Source: an uncultured bacterium (GTDB lineage Bacteria > Babelota > Babeliae > Babelales > Vermiphilaceae). Taken from it: a DNA stretch of 64,000 nt. Below are positions 1-11,170 of the stretch, in pieces (position 1 is the first letter of the stretch; each line of letters starts with the position of its first letter). The translations under genes were made by a program, and so were the position numbers. The stretch covers positions 512,001-576,000 of the forward strand of contig OY969561.1 of assembly GCA_963701085.1 (NCBI GenBank), in the 5' to 3' direction. A model generated the notes under the pieces. It saw only the letters and a program-made list of their open reading frames with translations, made no database searches and was not told the origin of the DNA.

Positions 1-2
1 AA

Positions 3-1505
3 CCAGAAACTAACGCAGTAAATCAATTGCGCGGCATTTCAATTTTCAGTCCACGATCACAAGATATTAACGCTGCACGCGATATTGTCGGCTGGCATCC
101 TTTTATTCACCGTTGCGATGCAACAAAAAATTATTCCGTACTCGCATTCACACCGCAGTACAACCAATCACTCAGGCCAGAACGCATTTCATTAGCACTT
201 TTTAATTCTGATACATTTTCACTTTCCGGCAGCCAAATTCCCGGACGCGCTGATACACAAGAACTGCTTGCTGATTACTTTGGATTATCTCCTGCATTTG
301 CAAGTAATGCATTCTTTAAACCACTCATCCGCAACCTTGAATGTGATATGGCATTATACATTGGCTTTGATTCATGGGTACAAGGATTATACTTACAATT
401 GCGTGGACCGGGAGTATGGACACAATGGAACCTCAAACTCAGTGATGACATTATAGATGAAAGCAACTCGCCATTCCCTGCAGGCTACATGGCTGCAGAT
501 GCTGTTACACCACCCTATGATTCATACACACAAGCAATGAGAGGAATCTATCCATTTGGTGAAGTTGAAAAACTTAAATACGGAAAAATATGTGGCGCAC
601 AAACACTCGGTGGTCTTGCTGCATTAGAAATGGTTCTTGGTTACGATTTTATACGGCGAGAAACTTCACACGTCGGCATCAATTTCCGTGCATCTGCACC
701 AACAGGATCGCGGCCCAAAGGTAAATATTTCTTTGAACCGCGCGTAGGTTGTGGTAAACATTGGCAAATTGGTGTTGGCTTTACCGGACATACTAGATTA
801 TGGGAAAAAGATAACGAACAAGAATTGATCATGTGGGTTGATGTAAACTTTACCAACATGCTCAAAGCCCGCCAACGCCGCTCATTTGATTTGTGCAAAA
901 ATGGTTTTTTCAGCCGTTATATTTTGGCAAAAGAATTTGATGAAAATGGAATGTTCACGGAAAAAATGCTGCCGGTAATCAATTTTACAACACTGGAGTG
1001 TGATGTGCGCAAAAGCATTCAAGTGGATATGGTATTTATGTTCGGATACACCTATAACAATTTTGTTTTTGATATTGGTTATAATGGATATATCAGAAGT
1101 AGAGAAAAAATTTCACTACGTGAATGTATTCCTGCAAATAAATATGGTTTGAAAGGTGTGCAATTTGCCGTTAATCCAATCACGGGACAACCTCTTAATA
1201 CCACAGAAAGTACCGCAACCATTTTTGAAACGCAGCCGATTGTTTCTGATGGACTGTTCCCCGTATTTATTTCCACAAAAGATCTCAATATAAAATCAGC
1301 TGCATCGCCACTTATTGTGACACAAAAACTGTTCTGGCATCTTTCTAATTCATGGCCAGAGTGCTGTGACCACAATGCAGAACCATTTATTGGTATTGGT
1401 GCTGAAATTGAATTTGAAGGTATAAATACAAGAAACTCCTACCAACCAACTAACACTACTATGGGACAAGCGAGTGTATGGTTCAAGGGCGGCGTATCAT
1501 TTTAA
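3..1505 (+). CDS. Hypothetical protein, probable outer-membrane beta-barrel; 5' end lies outside the window; paralog of 36531..37793
   Basis: Frame is open from position 3. Alternating hydrophobic strands and a C-terminal Phe (WFKGGVSF) typical of OMPs. Shares an APTG...G..GHW motif with 36531..37793. Confidence 0.55.
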   Translation, partial: PETNAVNQLRGISIFSPRSQDINAARDIVGWHPFIHRCDATKNYSVLAFTPQYNQSLRPERISLALFNSDTFSLSGSQIPGRADTQELLADYFGLSPAFASNAFFKPLIRNLECDMALYIGFDSWVQGLYLQLRGPGVWTQWNLKLSDDIIDESNSPFPAGYMAADAVTPPYDSYTQAMRGIYPFGEVEKLKYGKICGAQTLGGLAALEMVLGYDFIRRETSHVGINFRASAPTGSRPKGKYFFEPRVGCGKHWQIGVGFTGHTRLWEKDNEQELIMWVDVNFTNMLKARQRRSFDLCKNGFFSRYILAKEFDENGMFTEKMLPVINFTTLECDVRKSIQVDMVFMFGYTYNNFVFDIGYNGYIRSREKISLRECIPANKYGLKGVQFAVNPITGQPLNTTESTATIFETQPIVSDGLFPVFISTKDLNIKSAASPLIVTQKLFWHLSNSWPECCDHNAEPFIGIGAEIEFEGINTRNSYQPTNTTMGQASVWFKGGVSF

Positions 1506-2434
1506 TTATTTTTATTATATTTATTCAATGACTTACAACAACAATGTAAAACAGCACCCTTGCTTTCTAAATATTCCACTATTGCAGTAAAACCTGCTCT
1601 GCATGCTATGATTATGGCCGTGTCACCATCTACATCTTCTTGATTAACATTTGCCCAATGCTCTACCAATAATTTTACTATTCTGAGATAATTCATAGCA
1701 CACGCGTACATCAAAGCGCTTTCCTCTTCTTTATTCACCGCATTCACATACACGCCATGTTCTAATAAAAGCTTAACAATTTTTCTATCACCTTTATGAC
1801 ATGCACTCATTAATGCCGTTCTACCACGCTTATCAGAATGATTAACATCCACATTATATTTTAATAAAAGTTGAACTATTTTAGTAAAACCATTAAAACA
1901 TGCATAGCTTAAAACTGTATAACCTTTTTTATTGGCAATATTGGGATTAGCTCCGCGCTTTAATAACAGCTGTACTATTGAAAGATTATTATTAATACAT
2001 GCAAACGACAAAGCTGTATCACCGTCTTTATCAGCAACATTAGGATTCGCACCACTTTTCAATAGCAACTTTACTATTTCAATAAAGCCATTTGCCGTTG
2101 CATCACTTAAAGCTGTACTCTTATCTGCATCAACCATATTAACATCTGCTTTATGATGTAATAAAAGTTTAACAATTTCAATATAACCCTTATCACTAGC
2201 AAACATTAACGCAGTATTATCATCTGCATTGGCAATATTAGGATTAGCACCATGGTGTAATAATAATTCTGCTAACTCAAAAGAATCTCCAGCGCATGCT
2301 TCCATTAATGCTGTATTACCATAACTATTAACGCAATTAACATTTATACCATAGGGGTGGTGTAGCAATATTCTTATCTGTTCAATAAAACCACGCTCAC
2401 AATATTCTCTAAAAATTTGATTAATATCTATCAT
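1502..2434 (-). CDS. Ankyrin repeat protein (about 8 repeats), intact
   Basis: Repeated G.TAL..A...G..EIVKLLL..GA.VN units. Confidence 0.95.
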   Translation of the reverse strand: MIDINQIFREYCERGFIEQIRILLHHPYGINVNCVNSYGNTALMEACAGDSFELAELLLHHGANPNIANADDNTALMFASDKGYIEIVKLLLHHKADVNMVDADKSTALSDATANGFIEIVKLLLKSGANPNVADKDGDTALSFACINNNLSIVQLLLKRGANPNIANKKGYTVLSYACFNGFTKIVQLLLKYNVDVNHSDKRGRTALMSACHKGDRKIVKLLLEHGVYVNAVNKEEESALMYACAMNYLRIVKLLVEHWANVNQEDVDGDTAIIIACRAGFTAIVEYLESKGAVLHCCCKSLNKYNKNN

Positions 2435-3861
2435 GCCGTAATGGACATCTTTCTTTCTAATAATTCAATTATTTCAACCATTTTTTCATCCTGAGCATGC
2501 GCAAGAGCCGTATGACCATGTTTATCTGTTATATGCACATTGGCCCTTTATCTAACAGCAGCTCCACTATTGTCGCATGCCCCATCATAGAAGCATACAT
2601 TAAACCTGTCATTTCATTTTTATCCACCGCATCAATAGCAGCCTCTTTTTCTAATAATAATTTCACTATCTCCACATGACCATTATCACAAGCATTTATT
2701 AAAGGAGTTCCATAATCAGTAATAATATTAATATTTGCACCATTAGCTAACAATAACTTTGCTATCTCAAGATGACCTTTTGTACACGCTTGCGTAAGGG
2801 CTGCGTACTTATTGATACTAATTAAATCAATATCAATATTCTTATCGAGAAAAAGTTTTACCAATTCAATAGAACCACTAGAAGATGCTTCAATTAAAGC
2901 TTTACTTTCAGGAGTAATAATAGCGTTCTTATCTAATAATAATTGAACTACTTCCAAAGATCCTCGAGAACTTGCCCTACATAAAGCAGTATGATCATAA
3001 TCATCTACAACATTAACATTTGCATCGTTATTTAATAAAACCTTTATCACTTCTCTATCATCATTCTCACATGCAATTATTAACGCTGTTTTACCATATT
3101 TATCAGCAGCATTAATATCAACGCCTTTTTGTAATAATACTCCACTATCTCAACAAAAAAGAACCACCATTACACGCAGACATTAAAGGAGTAGTATAAT
3201 TATAACCATCAAGATCTGCGTCTACTTCCTCTCTATCCAATAATAACTTTACAATATCACTAAATCCTTCTCGAGCTGCTTCTATTAAAGGTGTACTACC
3301 ACTCCAATCCACCACATTAACAACCGCACCTTTTTCTAGTAATAATTTGACTATCTCAATAAAACCATTACCACATGCAGTCGCTAATGGAGTTGTATAA
3401 TCAAGATTATTAACATCCGCACCATGGTCTAATAATATCTTTACTATTTCAACACGACCATCTTTACATGCTCCCCATAAAACTCCTTGCATATTACCCC
3501 CAACAGTAAAACTCGCTCCTTTTTGCAAAAGTAATTCTACTATTTCAAGAGATCCCTGCCCACATGCTATAAGTAATGCAGTAATGCCCCAATCATCCAC
3601 AACATTAACATCTACATTTTTACTTAATAATAATTTAACCATATCAATAGATTCATTAAGACATGCTATAGTCAAAGCTGTTCTACCATTTTCACCAATA
3701 GCATTAATATCAGCACCTATTGCTAATAAAGAGTTCACCGTATCAAGAGAATTATCCTTACATGCCTCAATTAAAGCATTATGGTGATTATTTTTTGTAC
3801 CAACATTCTTAGATGTTTCTACAATTTCTTGTATCACCACTTCATTATTTGCCATATCCAT
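2431..3861 (-). pseudogene. Ankyrin repeat protein split by frameshifts (pieces 3145..3861, 2529..3050 and a C-terminal tail)
   Basis: The ankyrin consensus continues across the frame changes near 3150 and 2530. Either a true pseudogene or sequence error. Confidence 0.75.
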
Positions 3862-3875
3862 TTTTTATATCCTTA

Positions 3876-4257
3876 TTAATCAATTATTCTGCCATGTTTA
3901 CGTAGAATATCTTTAAGAAAAATATTTATTTTGCTAATACGACTGACAAAATCAATCCACTGTTGCGTCTTTGATAAGAATCCTTTCTCTTCACCGTAAT
4001 TAATGTCTTCTATGCCCTGCACAATAATGTCATCCAATTGATAAGTTAATTGTAAACCTTCATCTCCCAAAATATCACGTAGCTCCGCTGAAGGATTATC
4101 AAAAATTTCTCTTCTCTATACTGTTACCAATACAACAACCAAAATCACAAAACATTTTTTCTTCAACAGCAGGATCAACCAAAAAATCTAATTCATCGCA
4201 CATACTCTCAATGCCATTAAGACAACACATTTTTCGATATTCTTTATCTTCTGACAT
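3876..4257 (-). CDS. Small hypothetical protein with one apparent frameshift; paralog of 7894..8112
   Basis: ATG at 4257 preceded by an AGAGGA RBS. The C-terminal part shares TQ.WIDFV...IN..LKD with 7894..8112. Confidence 0.55.
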
Positions 4258-4270
4258 CTAATCCTCTTTA

Positions 4271-4760
4271 TTATTTCGAATGACTAATCCGAGCATGTAA
4301 AAACTCAACAATGCGAGTATGATTGAATCTCTCTGCAAGACCTAAAGCGGTAAAACCACACTTATCCATAACAGTAATATCTGCTCCATACCAAACCAAA
4401 AGTTGAGCAACCTCCAAATTGTCTTCATAACAAGCAAGACATTAACGCTGTGTCTCCATTTTCATTCATCGCATTAACATCACTATGTCGTTCTAGTAAT
4501 AATTTTACTACCTCAACATGTCCCCTATGACACGCACCCATTAAAGCACTGCGACCAAATTTATCAACACTATTAAGATGAGCACCACGCTCCAGAAGTA
4601 GTTTTACTATTTTAAGAGAGCCTCGCCAACACACCTCGATTAAAGGAGTAAAACTAAGTTCAGCACCAACACTATTAACATCAAGACCTTGGTCCAATAA
4701 TTGCTTTACTTTATCAATAAAACCTTGTTCTGTAAGCCTTCAAACATATTTCAATAACAT
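4271..4760 (-). pseudogene. Ankyrin repeat protein, frameshifted (core ORF 4425..4697)
   Basis: Ankyrin motifs in the ORF and in the neighbouring frames. Ends are approximate. Confidence 0.7.
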
Positions 4761-4775
4761 CCTATCAAACCTTCT

Positions 4776-7136
4776 TTAATATTTAATACCTCTACTTTTT
4801 TCAGTAACTTTGCTATTTTTACTGCTTCGTGAGGCCGTAATCGACTGCAAGAAAAGTCTGTCCACGTTCATCAACAATATTCATATCCGCGCCGTTATCT
4901 AACAATAAGGCAACTATATCATCAAAGTCATCGTAACATGCTACCATTAGAGCTGTTTGGCCATCTTTATCGACAATATTAATATTAGCACCGTGTTCCA
5001 ATAATAGTTTTACTATCTTAATAGAGCCCTTACGATATGTGTTCTTTAAAGCTGTATTACCATATTCATTAATAAAATTAACACCAGCATCTTTATCTAA
5101 TAATAGTTTTACGATTTCAACAAAACCATTCTCGCATACGTAATCATTAATAACGCTGTTTTACCTCTTTTGCTACCAAGATCGATATCAGCATCGTTTT
5201 GTAGCAATAATTTCACCATATTCACGGAATCTTTTCCACACGCTTGCATCAAAACAGTATAACCACTTTCATCAACGGCATTAATATCTACCATAGGTTG
5301 TTTTAATAATAGTGTTACTATCTCTATATTACCGTAATAATGAGCACACATAAGTGCAGTAATACCTTCTTTATCCGCAGCATTAATATCTGCACCTTTA
5401 TGTAACAATAATTGCACTATTTCAATTGAAATACGAGATGCTGACAATTAAAGAAGTAACGCCCCTTCGACTAACAGTGTTAACACTACAACCTTTATCA
5501 AGTAATAATGTTACCAATTCAACAGAACCATTTACACATGCCCCTAATAAAGCATCATTTTCCATACAATCTACGTTATACTCCAACAATAGCTTTACAA
5601 GCTCCAAAGAAGCATTATCACATGCCGCATTCAATGCCGTAATACCATTCAAACTCTTTTTATTGCAGTCAGCTCCATGCTGTAGTAGCAATCGTACTAC
5701 TGCAACGGATTCACCTTGGCATGCTGCCATAAGCGCAGTATAACCGTATTGATTGGTGCAGTTAACATCGGCACCATGTTCTAATAATAATTTTACTATT
5801 TCAAGATGCCCCTCATAACATGCAACGCTTAAAGGTGTATCACGTTTGTTATCCATACCATTAATATTGGTAATTTTAGACAATAAAGACTCTACAATAT
5901 CAATAGAGCCTTGCGTTGGCATGCTTCTATCAAAACATCATACGTAGTAATCATCAGAGAACCTTTATCGTTAACCTTAAAAATCAAAATGATGTCTCTT
6001 ATAATAACATCCTGAACTCACGATCCAGCGTGTACCATTCTGACACGCTGCAATCAAAGGTGTTTCCTTACTTTTACTCACTACATTCTTATGAGCACCA
6101 TGTTGTAATAATAATGTTATCACCTCAACAGAAGCACTACCCAAACATGCTATCAGCAAAGCTGTTTTACCTTGTTTATCAACACTATTAACATCTACAC
6201 CTTGAGCTAATAGAAACATCACTAACTCTAAATTGCCATTCCAACATGCAGCCATTAAAGCTGTAGAGCCATCGCTACCCGACATATTAATATCAATACC
6301 ATATTCCAAAAGCAATTTTACCATTTCAACAGAACCTTTATAACATGAATCTGTTAAAGGTGTTCTATCATAGACACCAACCACATTCACCTGCGCACCT
6401 TTTTCCAACAAAAGCTTCACCATTTCAATAGAATTTTGTGAACAAGCTCCGATTAAAGCTGTGTTACCATTTTTATCCACTGCATTTACATCAGCACCTT
6501 TATCTAATAATAATTGTACTATCTGAATTGATGCACAAAAACATGCGGTAATTAAAGCTGTTTCACCATTTTTATTGGCAGCAACAATATTAACATCCGC
6601 GCCTTTATCCAACAATAATTTTACTATTTCAAGAGATGGCTTATTAAGAATGGCAATAATTAATGCTGTACGGCCGTATCTACTAATATGATTAATATTA
6701 TTAACACTTTTATCTAATAATAATTTTACCACTTCAGTAGAAGCTTCTCTCACACGCTTCGATCGAGCAGAGTCTGATCATAATTTGTATTTATATAATT
6801 AATATCAGCACCGTACTCTAATAATAATTGTACTATATCAACAGAGCCGTTACTTGCTGCTGCCTGCAAAGCTGTTTGACCCCACCAAGCAGCAATATGA
6901 TTAACATTCGCACCATATTCCAATAGTAGTTTTATCACGTCCAAGGAACCATTCCAACATGCTATAATTAAAGGAGCATGATTATTCTCATCTCCTCCAT
7001 TAACATCAGCACCTTTTTCTAATAACAATTTCACTATTTCAACAGAACCTTTACGACAAGCAGCAATTAATGCTTTTGTATATTCTTCAACAGTATCCAT
7101 CACAACATTCTGTTCTAATTCTAATTTCATATACAA
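4776..7136 (-). pseudogene. Long ankyrin repeat protein broken into at least five ORF pieces
   Basis: ORFs 6750..7136, 5977..6753, 5422..5922, 5109..5447 and 4819..5001 are colinear ankyrin arrays joined by frameshifts. 3' end is approximate. Confidence 0.75.
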
Positions 7137-7153
7137 TTTCTTTTAAAAAACTT

Positions 7154-7813
7154 TTAATTTTTCTTACACTTTAAATGTTCAATATGATCAGACAATAATG
7201 TAACTATTGCCCAAGCTTTTCTAGAATAGGCCGCCATCAAAGCAGTCTTATCTTTTTTATTAACAATAGTAGTGTCAGCGCCATGTTTTAATAACAATTG
7301 TGCTACTTTGAAACAATGTATGTAACGATCATGACGTACAATTATATCACCGTTACGCATTTCAAGAGAACCTACATTACATGCATAAATTAAAGCTGTA
7401 TCACCATAATCACCTTGAACATTAACAAAGACTCCGTGGTCCAATAATATTACAATTGCATCAAAACCCTGACAAGATGCATGCATCATAGCCGTGCTAC
7501 CACTTACATCCATCACGTTGGCATCCGCGCCTTTATCCAATAATAATTTTACTTTTTCAAGATAACCATTGTGACATGCTTCCATTAAAGCTGTTCTACC
7601 TGACTCATTAATAAGATTAACATTCGCATTGCATTCCAATAACAAACGCACTATTTTAATAGAACTTTTGTAACACGCCGCTAACATCAATGCTGTATTA
7701 CCCTTGCTAGTACATACATCAACATTCGCACCCTGTTTTAGTAATAACTTTACTTGCTCAAAGGAACCATCTTTGGAAGCTGTTAAAAACTCTTCATTTA
7801 AATCGATTGACAT
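7154..7813 (-). CDS. Ankyrin repeat protein
   Basis: About 6 ankyrin repeats in one ORF. Confidence 0.92.
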   Translation of the reverse strand: MSIDLNEEFLTASKDGSFEQVKLLLKQGANVDVCTSKGNTALMLAACYKSSIKIVRLLLECNANVNLINESGRTALMEACHNGYLEKVKLLLDKGADANVMDVSGSTAMMHASCQGFDAIVILLDHGVFVNVQGDYGDTALIYACNVGSLEMRNGDIIVRHDRYIHCFKVAQLLLKHGADTTIVNKKDKTALMAAYSRKAWAIVTLLSDHIEHLKCKKN

Positions 7814-7893
7814 ATTGGAAAGACCTTTTACATTAAAATAAATGTGTAAATTTTTATTTTATAATTATTATATCAGAAATTTAAAGGCACTCA

Positions 7894-8112
7894 ATGGACC
7901 CAAAAACCATCTATCCGCTCCAAGCATATCTTGATGTCATTGGTACTCTATGCTACTTACTTGATATTCTTGCTTCTCCTAATATTGAAGAAGAATTAGA
8001 AGGATTTTCAACAACACAACGGTGGATAGATTTTGTAGATTATACTAAAATGATAAACGCTCTTTTAAAAGATGCCGTGAAAAAATATAAAAAAACAAAT
8101 GATTTTCTATAA
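7894..8112 (+). CDS. Small hypothetical protein, paralog of 3876..4257
   Basis: 72 aa ORF containing EE..GFSTTQRWIDFV...INALLKD. Confidence 0.6.
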   Translation: MDPKTIYPLQAYLDVIGTLCYLLDILASPNIEEELEGFSTTQRWIDFVDYTKMINALLKDAVKKYKKTNDFL

Positions 8113-8126
8113 ACAAAGATACATTA

Positions 8127-8810
8127 ATGAATGAATTTATAAGCGAAAAAAGCCTTGACCTCAATGACTTAATTAACGAAATCAGTGAAGATACAACATT
8201 AGCTAAAACTGACATTGATCTCATAGTAAATTCATTAATTAATGTTACTTATCGCACGCTTAGCAAAGGCGAAATCAGTTTACTATTCCGAACTTAGGAA
8301 AATTTATTATTACGCAAACACCTAAACGTGTTGGATATAAATCCTGCCACACAAGAGAAAATTATATTGGCAGGAACACAGGATGTCTCCTTTAAATATT
8401 ACAAAAAATTAGATAATTTTTTAAAAGAGTTGGATGACAAATCAGTGGAGACTAAAAATTATGTTAAATACAAAAGTTACTTCAAACATGAAAACTTTTT
8501 TCAGCATATATTAACAGATACACTCACTGAAGATATTTTGAAGAATCTTATAGCAGAAAACTGTAATATAAATATGGTTAGCCGCAGAGGCAATACTCCT
8601 TTGGTTTATGCATATAAAAAGCGTAAAAACAATAGTATCAAATTACTTCTTGATAATGACGCGGATCAAACAGTATATGAAGATGGATATTATGTAGGTG
8701 AATTTATTGATAACGGAAGAACTATCTTAGATTTGCGCGCGAAGATAATAATATTGCAGTATTGCTCATGCTCAGTAAAAGACAAAGCACGCATAATGCT
8801 ATACAACTAA
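8127..8810 (+). CDS. HU/IHF-like DNA-binding domain fused to an ankyrin repeat, interrupted by three 1-nt insertions
   Basis: Reconstructed LNDLINEISEDTTLAKTDIDLIVNSLINVTYRTLSKGE-SV-TIPNLGKF...KRVG-INPATQEKI...VSFK matches the HU fold. It is followed by NINMVSRRGNTPLVYA...IKLLLDNDAD. Confidence 0.7.
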
Positions 8811-9136
8811 AAAATCTGCAGAAAAAATTCTGGAATTTAGAGAATATAAGCAATGGATACAGTCAGAAGCAGATGCTTTGGACAACAATAAAGAGGCTGA
8901 TATACGCGCAACAATAAAAACTATTATTACAACAGATAGCATATTGCAAAAATATCCTCAATTCATTACTCTTGTAGATTCAATAACTAATTTTGAATAT
9001 ACCTTTGATTTTACGGTGGCAATGCTGATGATAAAATTGAAGCTGCTACATTGAATTAAAAATAAAGAAACAGGGAAGTGAAAAAAGGGCAGTTACGCAT
9101 CATCTTGAATATTTTCTCTTATCAAATTGGAGTTAT

Positions 9137-10581
9137 GCCGATGTACGAGTACGTATGCTTTTGTGGCGTACTGGTAAAAAAACACGAAGCATATTGGATA
9201 TAAAAAACACAGAACTAACAACTTTTTTGACATGAAAAAGCATACGCATGCTATCTAATAGCTTACTTGGCAAAGAAAACAATATACCTCTTGAACACTT
9301 TGTACGCTTTCTTATTGTGTTATTGAGTCGAATCGTACAAAAAGATCAGCGCACTATAGAAAGTCACGCGAAGAATTGGGCCTACAACAAACTTCTTTAT
9401 TATAATGAAAACAGTGAAGAAATCATCAAAATACTTATATTTTGTTCAAGATGATATTAACACATAAAAGAAAACATTCTTACTATTTCACAAAAAATAT
9501 TGATGCTCTACTCAACAAAATTGCCACTCATCGATAATTCGAAAAACTCATTCTTGCTGAACTTCTTGCGTAATCCAAGAAAAAGTGGACTATTACCGCA
9601 AAAACAAAACAATCTTATAATCAGGCTCCACTTAAATCAGCTATTATCTTCATGATACTATTAGGGTTGTTATTGTGTGGGCTTTATCTATGGTATAACA
9701 ATAATCTTGCACAACATGATCAACTAAAAATGTTAATTGATGAGCTTAAACATATGGAATAAACGTTAAAGAATGTTCCAAACGCTATTATAAATATACA
9801 GAATATTGGCTAGAAATTTCTCCCCACCAGAGATTTGTTTGATTATCAATGGAATACCGCAAAAAAGATTATAGAGCAACTCTATAAACTTCACTCAACT
9901 ATCCATGGCAAATTTAAATGGATTTTTATAATTATAGCCTCTGGTGCAATATATACAGTAACAGAAATATTCTCGTGTATACGCCAATGGTTAAGGCCAC
10001 AATATAACAAACGTTATGAAAAATACGCCATGATAGAAGATAAAATCCAGCAAAAAATAGCAAAATTATTAAATATAAGAGTAAGTAACAGTGATAATAG
10101 GGACATCTGTTCGCATTCCGCCTCATTTTTTTATTAAGAAAAGTATTACTACATTAGAAAAAAATATATTAATCTTATCTGAAGAACAAATTAACAACCA
10201 ACTCAAAGAAATTTATAAACTTACTCAAACAGAATTCTTTGAAATTGCTTTATTAAATAAATTTTTAAAACACATTCAAAAAAAGAAATTGTATTATTAC
10301 CACAAGCAATATGCGTTATATGACTGGTCTGCTTTACCTTCGGTAATAATAGCATTTTTACTCTTATTAATAACTCTCATATCATATTATTATGCATGTA
10401 TCTATTATGCTTGGGCAGAAAAAAACAAACTCATAGCAATATCAATAGTGATGCTTATATACATTTTTATATAAAAAAAATGTGTACCTCTCTACACCAA
10501 TGGTATTACCCAAACTATAACGAGTATAAAGAATATTATGAAAAATTGTCTTTCATCAAAAAAAACTACAACACAAAATAA
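9137..10581 (+). pseudogene. Fragmented hypothetical membrane-protein genes
   Basis: Short overlapping ORFs with hydrophobic stretches. Two end in a similar QW..P.YN...E.Y segment. Boundaries uncertain. Confidence 0.35.
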
Positions 10582-10763
10582 ATAATTTGCTTAAAAAATA
10601 TGACTCAAAAAAATAATTTATAGTAATATGCAAAATCATCCAGAAAATTAAAAACACTTACTGCATTATAAAGAAATGCTTCTCATAAGCGGTAAGCGTT
10701 AAGTACGCTTCAATGGGGACCCATTGGAAGAAATAAGAACCTATCCCTAAACTAATCTTTTCC

Positions 10764-10920
10764 CGCGCTCGCCCTGAACTTGTTGAAGGGTTTTCTTCGA
10801 GCGCTCGAGGATATCCTTTATTCCCCAATTTCCACTTCGTTCCAACCGGGGTCCCCATCGAAAGAATGAAGATGGGGTTGAACAGGCTCAGGACGAGCGC
10901 GAAAAAAAAGTATCGAAGGG
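10764..10920. repeat. Palindromic repeat (type B, GCGCTCGCCCTGAACTTGTTGAAGG...) with a nested insert at about 10819-10880, followed by a partial type A end
   Basis: Arms match 12146..12219 and 23385..23455. The right arm is interrupted by a GGGGTCCCCAT...ATGGGG hairpin. Confidence 0.85.
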
Positions 10921-10921
10921 T

Positions 10922-11170
10922 TTACTTGATTCGCAGGTTGTGAACATAGTTAATAAAATCTTGAACAGTATGAAGTTTTTCAGCATCTTCGTCATTAATT
11001 TCAATGCCAAACTCTTCTTCAACCTTCATAACAATATCAACCATATCAAGGGAATCAGCGCCAAGATCTTGTAATGTTGATTGCGCATTTACCGTTGCAA
11101 CATCAATATGCAACTTCTCAGCGATAATAGAGGTAATTTTACTTGCCGTCTCACTTATTTCAATTGCCAT
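10922..11170 (-). CDS. acpP: Acyl carrier protein
   Basis: DLGADSLD phosphopantetheine motif and EEEFGIEI. Confidence 0.97.
   Translation of the reverse strand: MAIEISETASKITSIIAEKLHIDVATVNAQSTLQDLGADSLDMVDIVMKVEEEFGIEINDEDAEKLHTVQDFINYVHNLRIK

Noticed and set aside
2431-7136. Programmed frameshifting or diversity-generating retroelement activity in the ankyrin array
   Set aside because: No consistent slippery motif, no reverse transcriptase and no adenine-specific TR/VR pair was seen. Sequence error or decay is simpler.
10658-10858. Small ORFs made of repeat sequence (also 14326..14541, 23774..23998, 23784..24167, 23330..23656)
   Set aside because: Their peptides (PSTSSG, RPECP, ILSV) are translations of the palindromic repeats or lie antisense to real genes.
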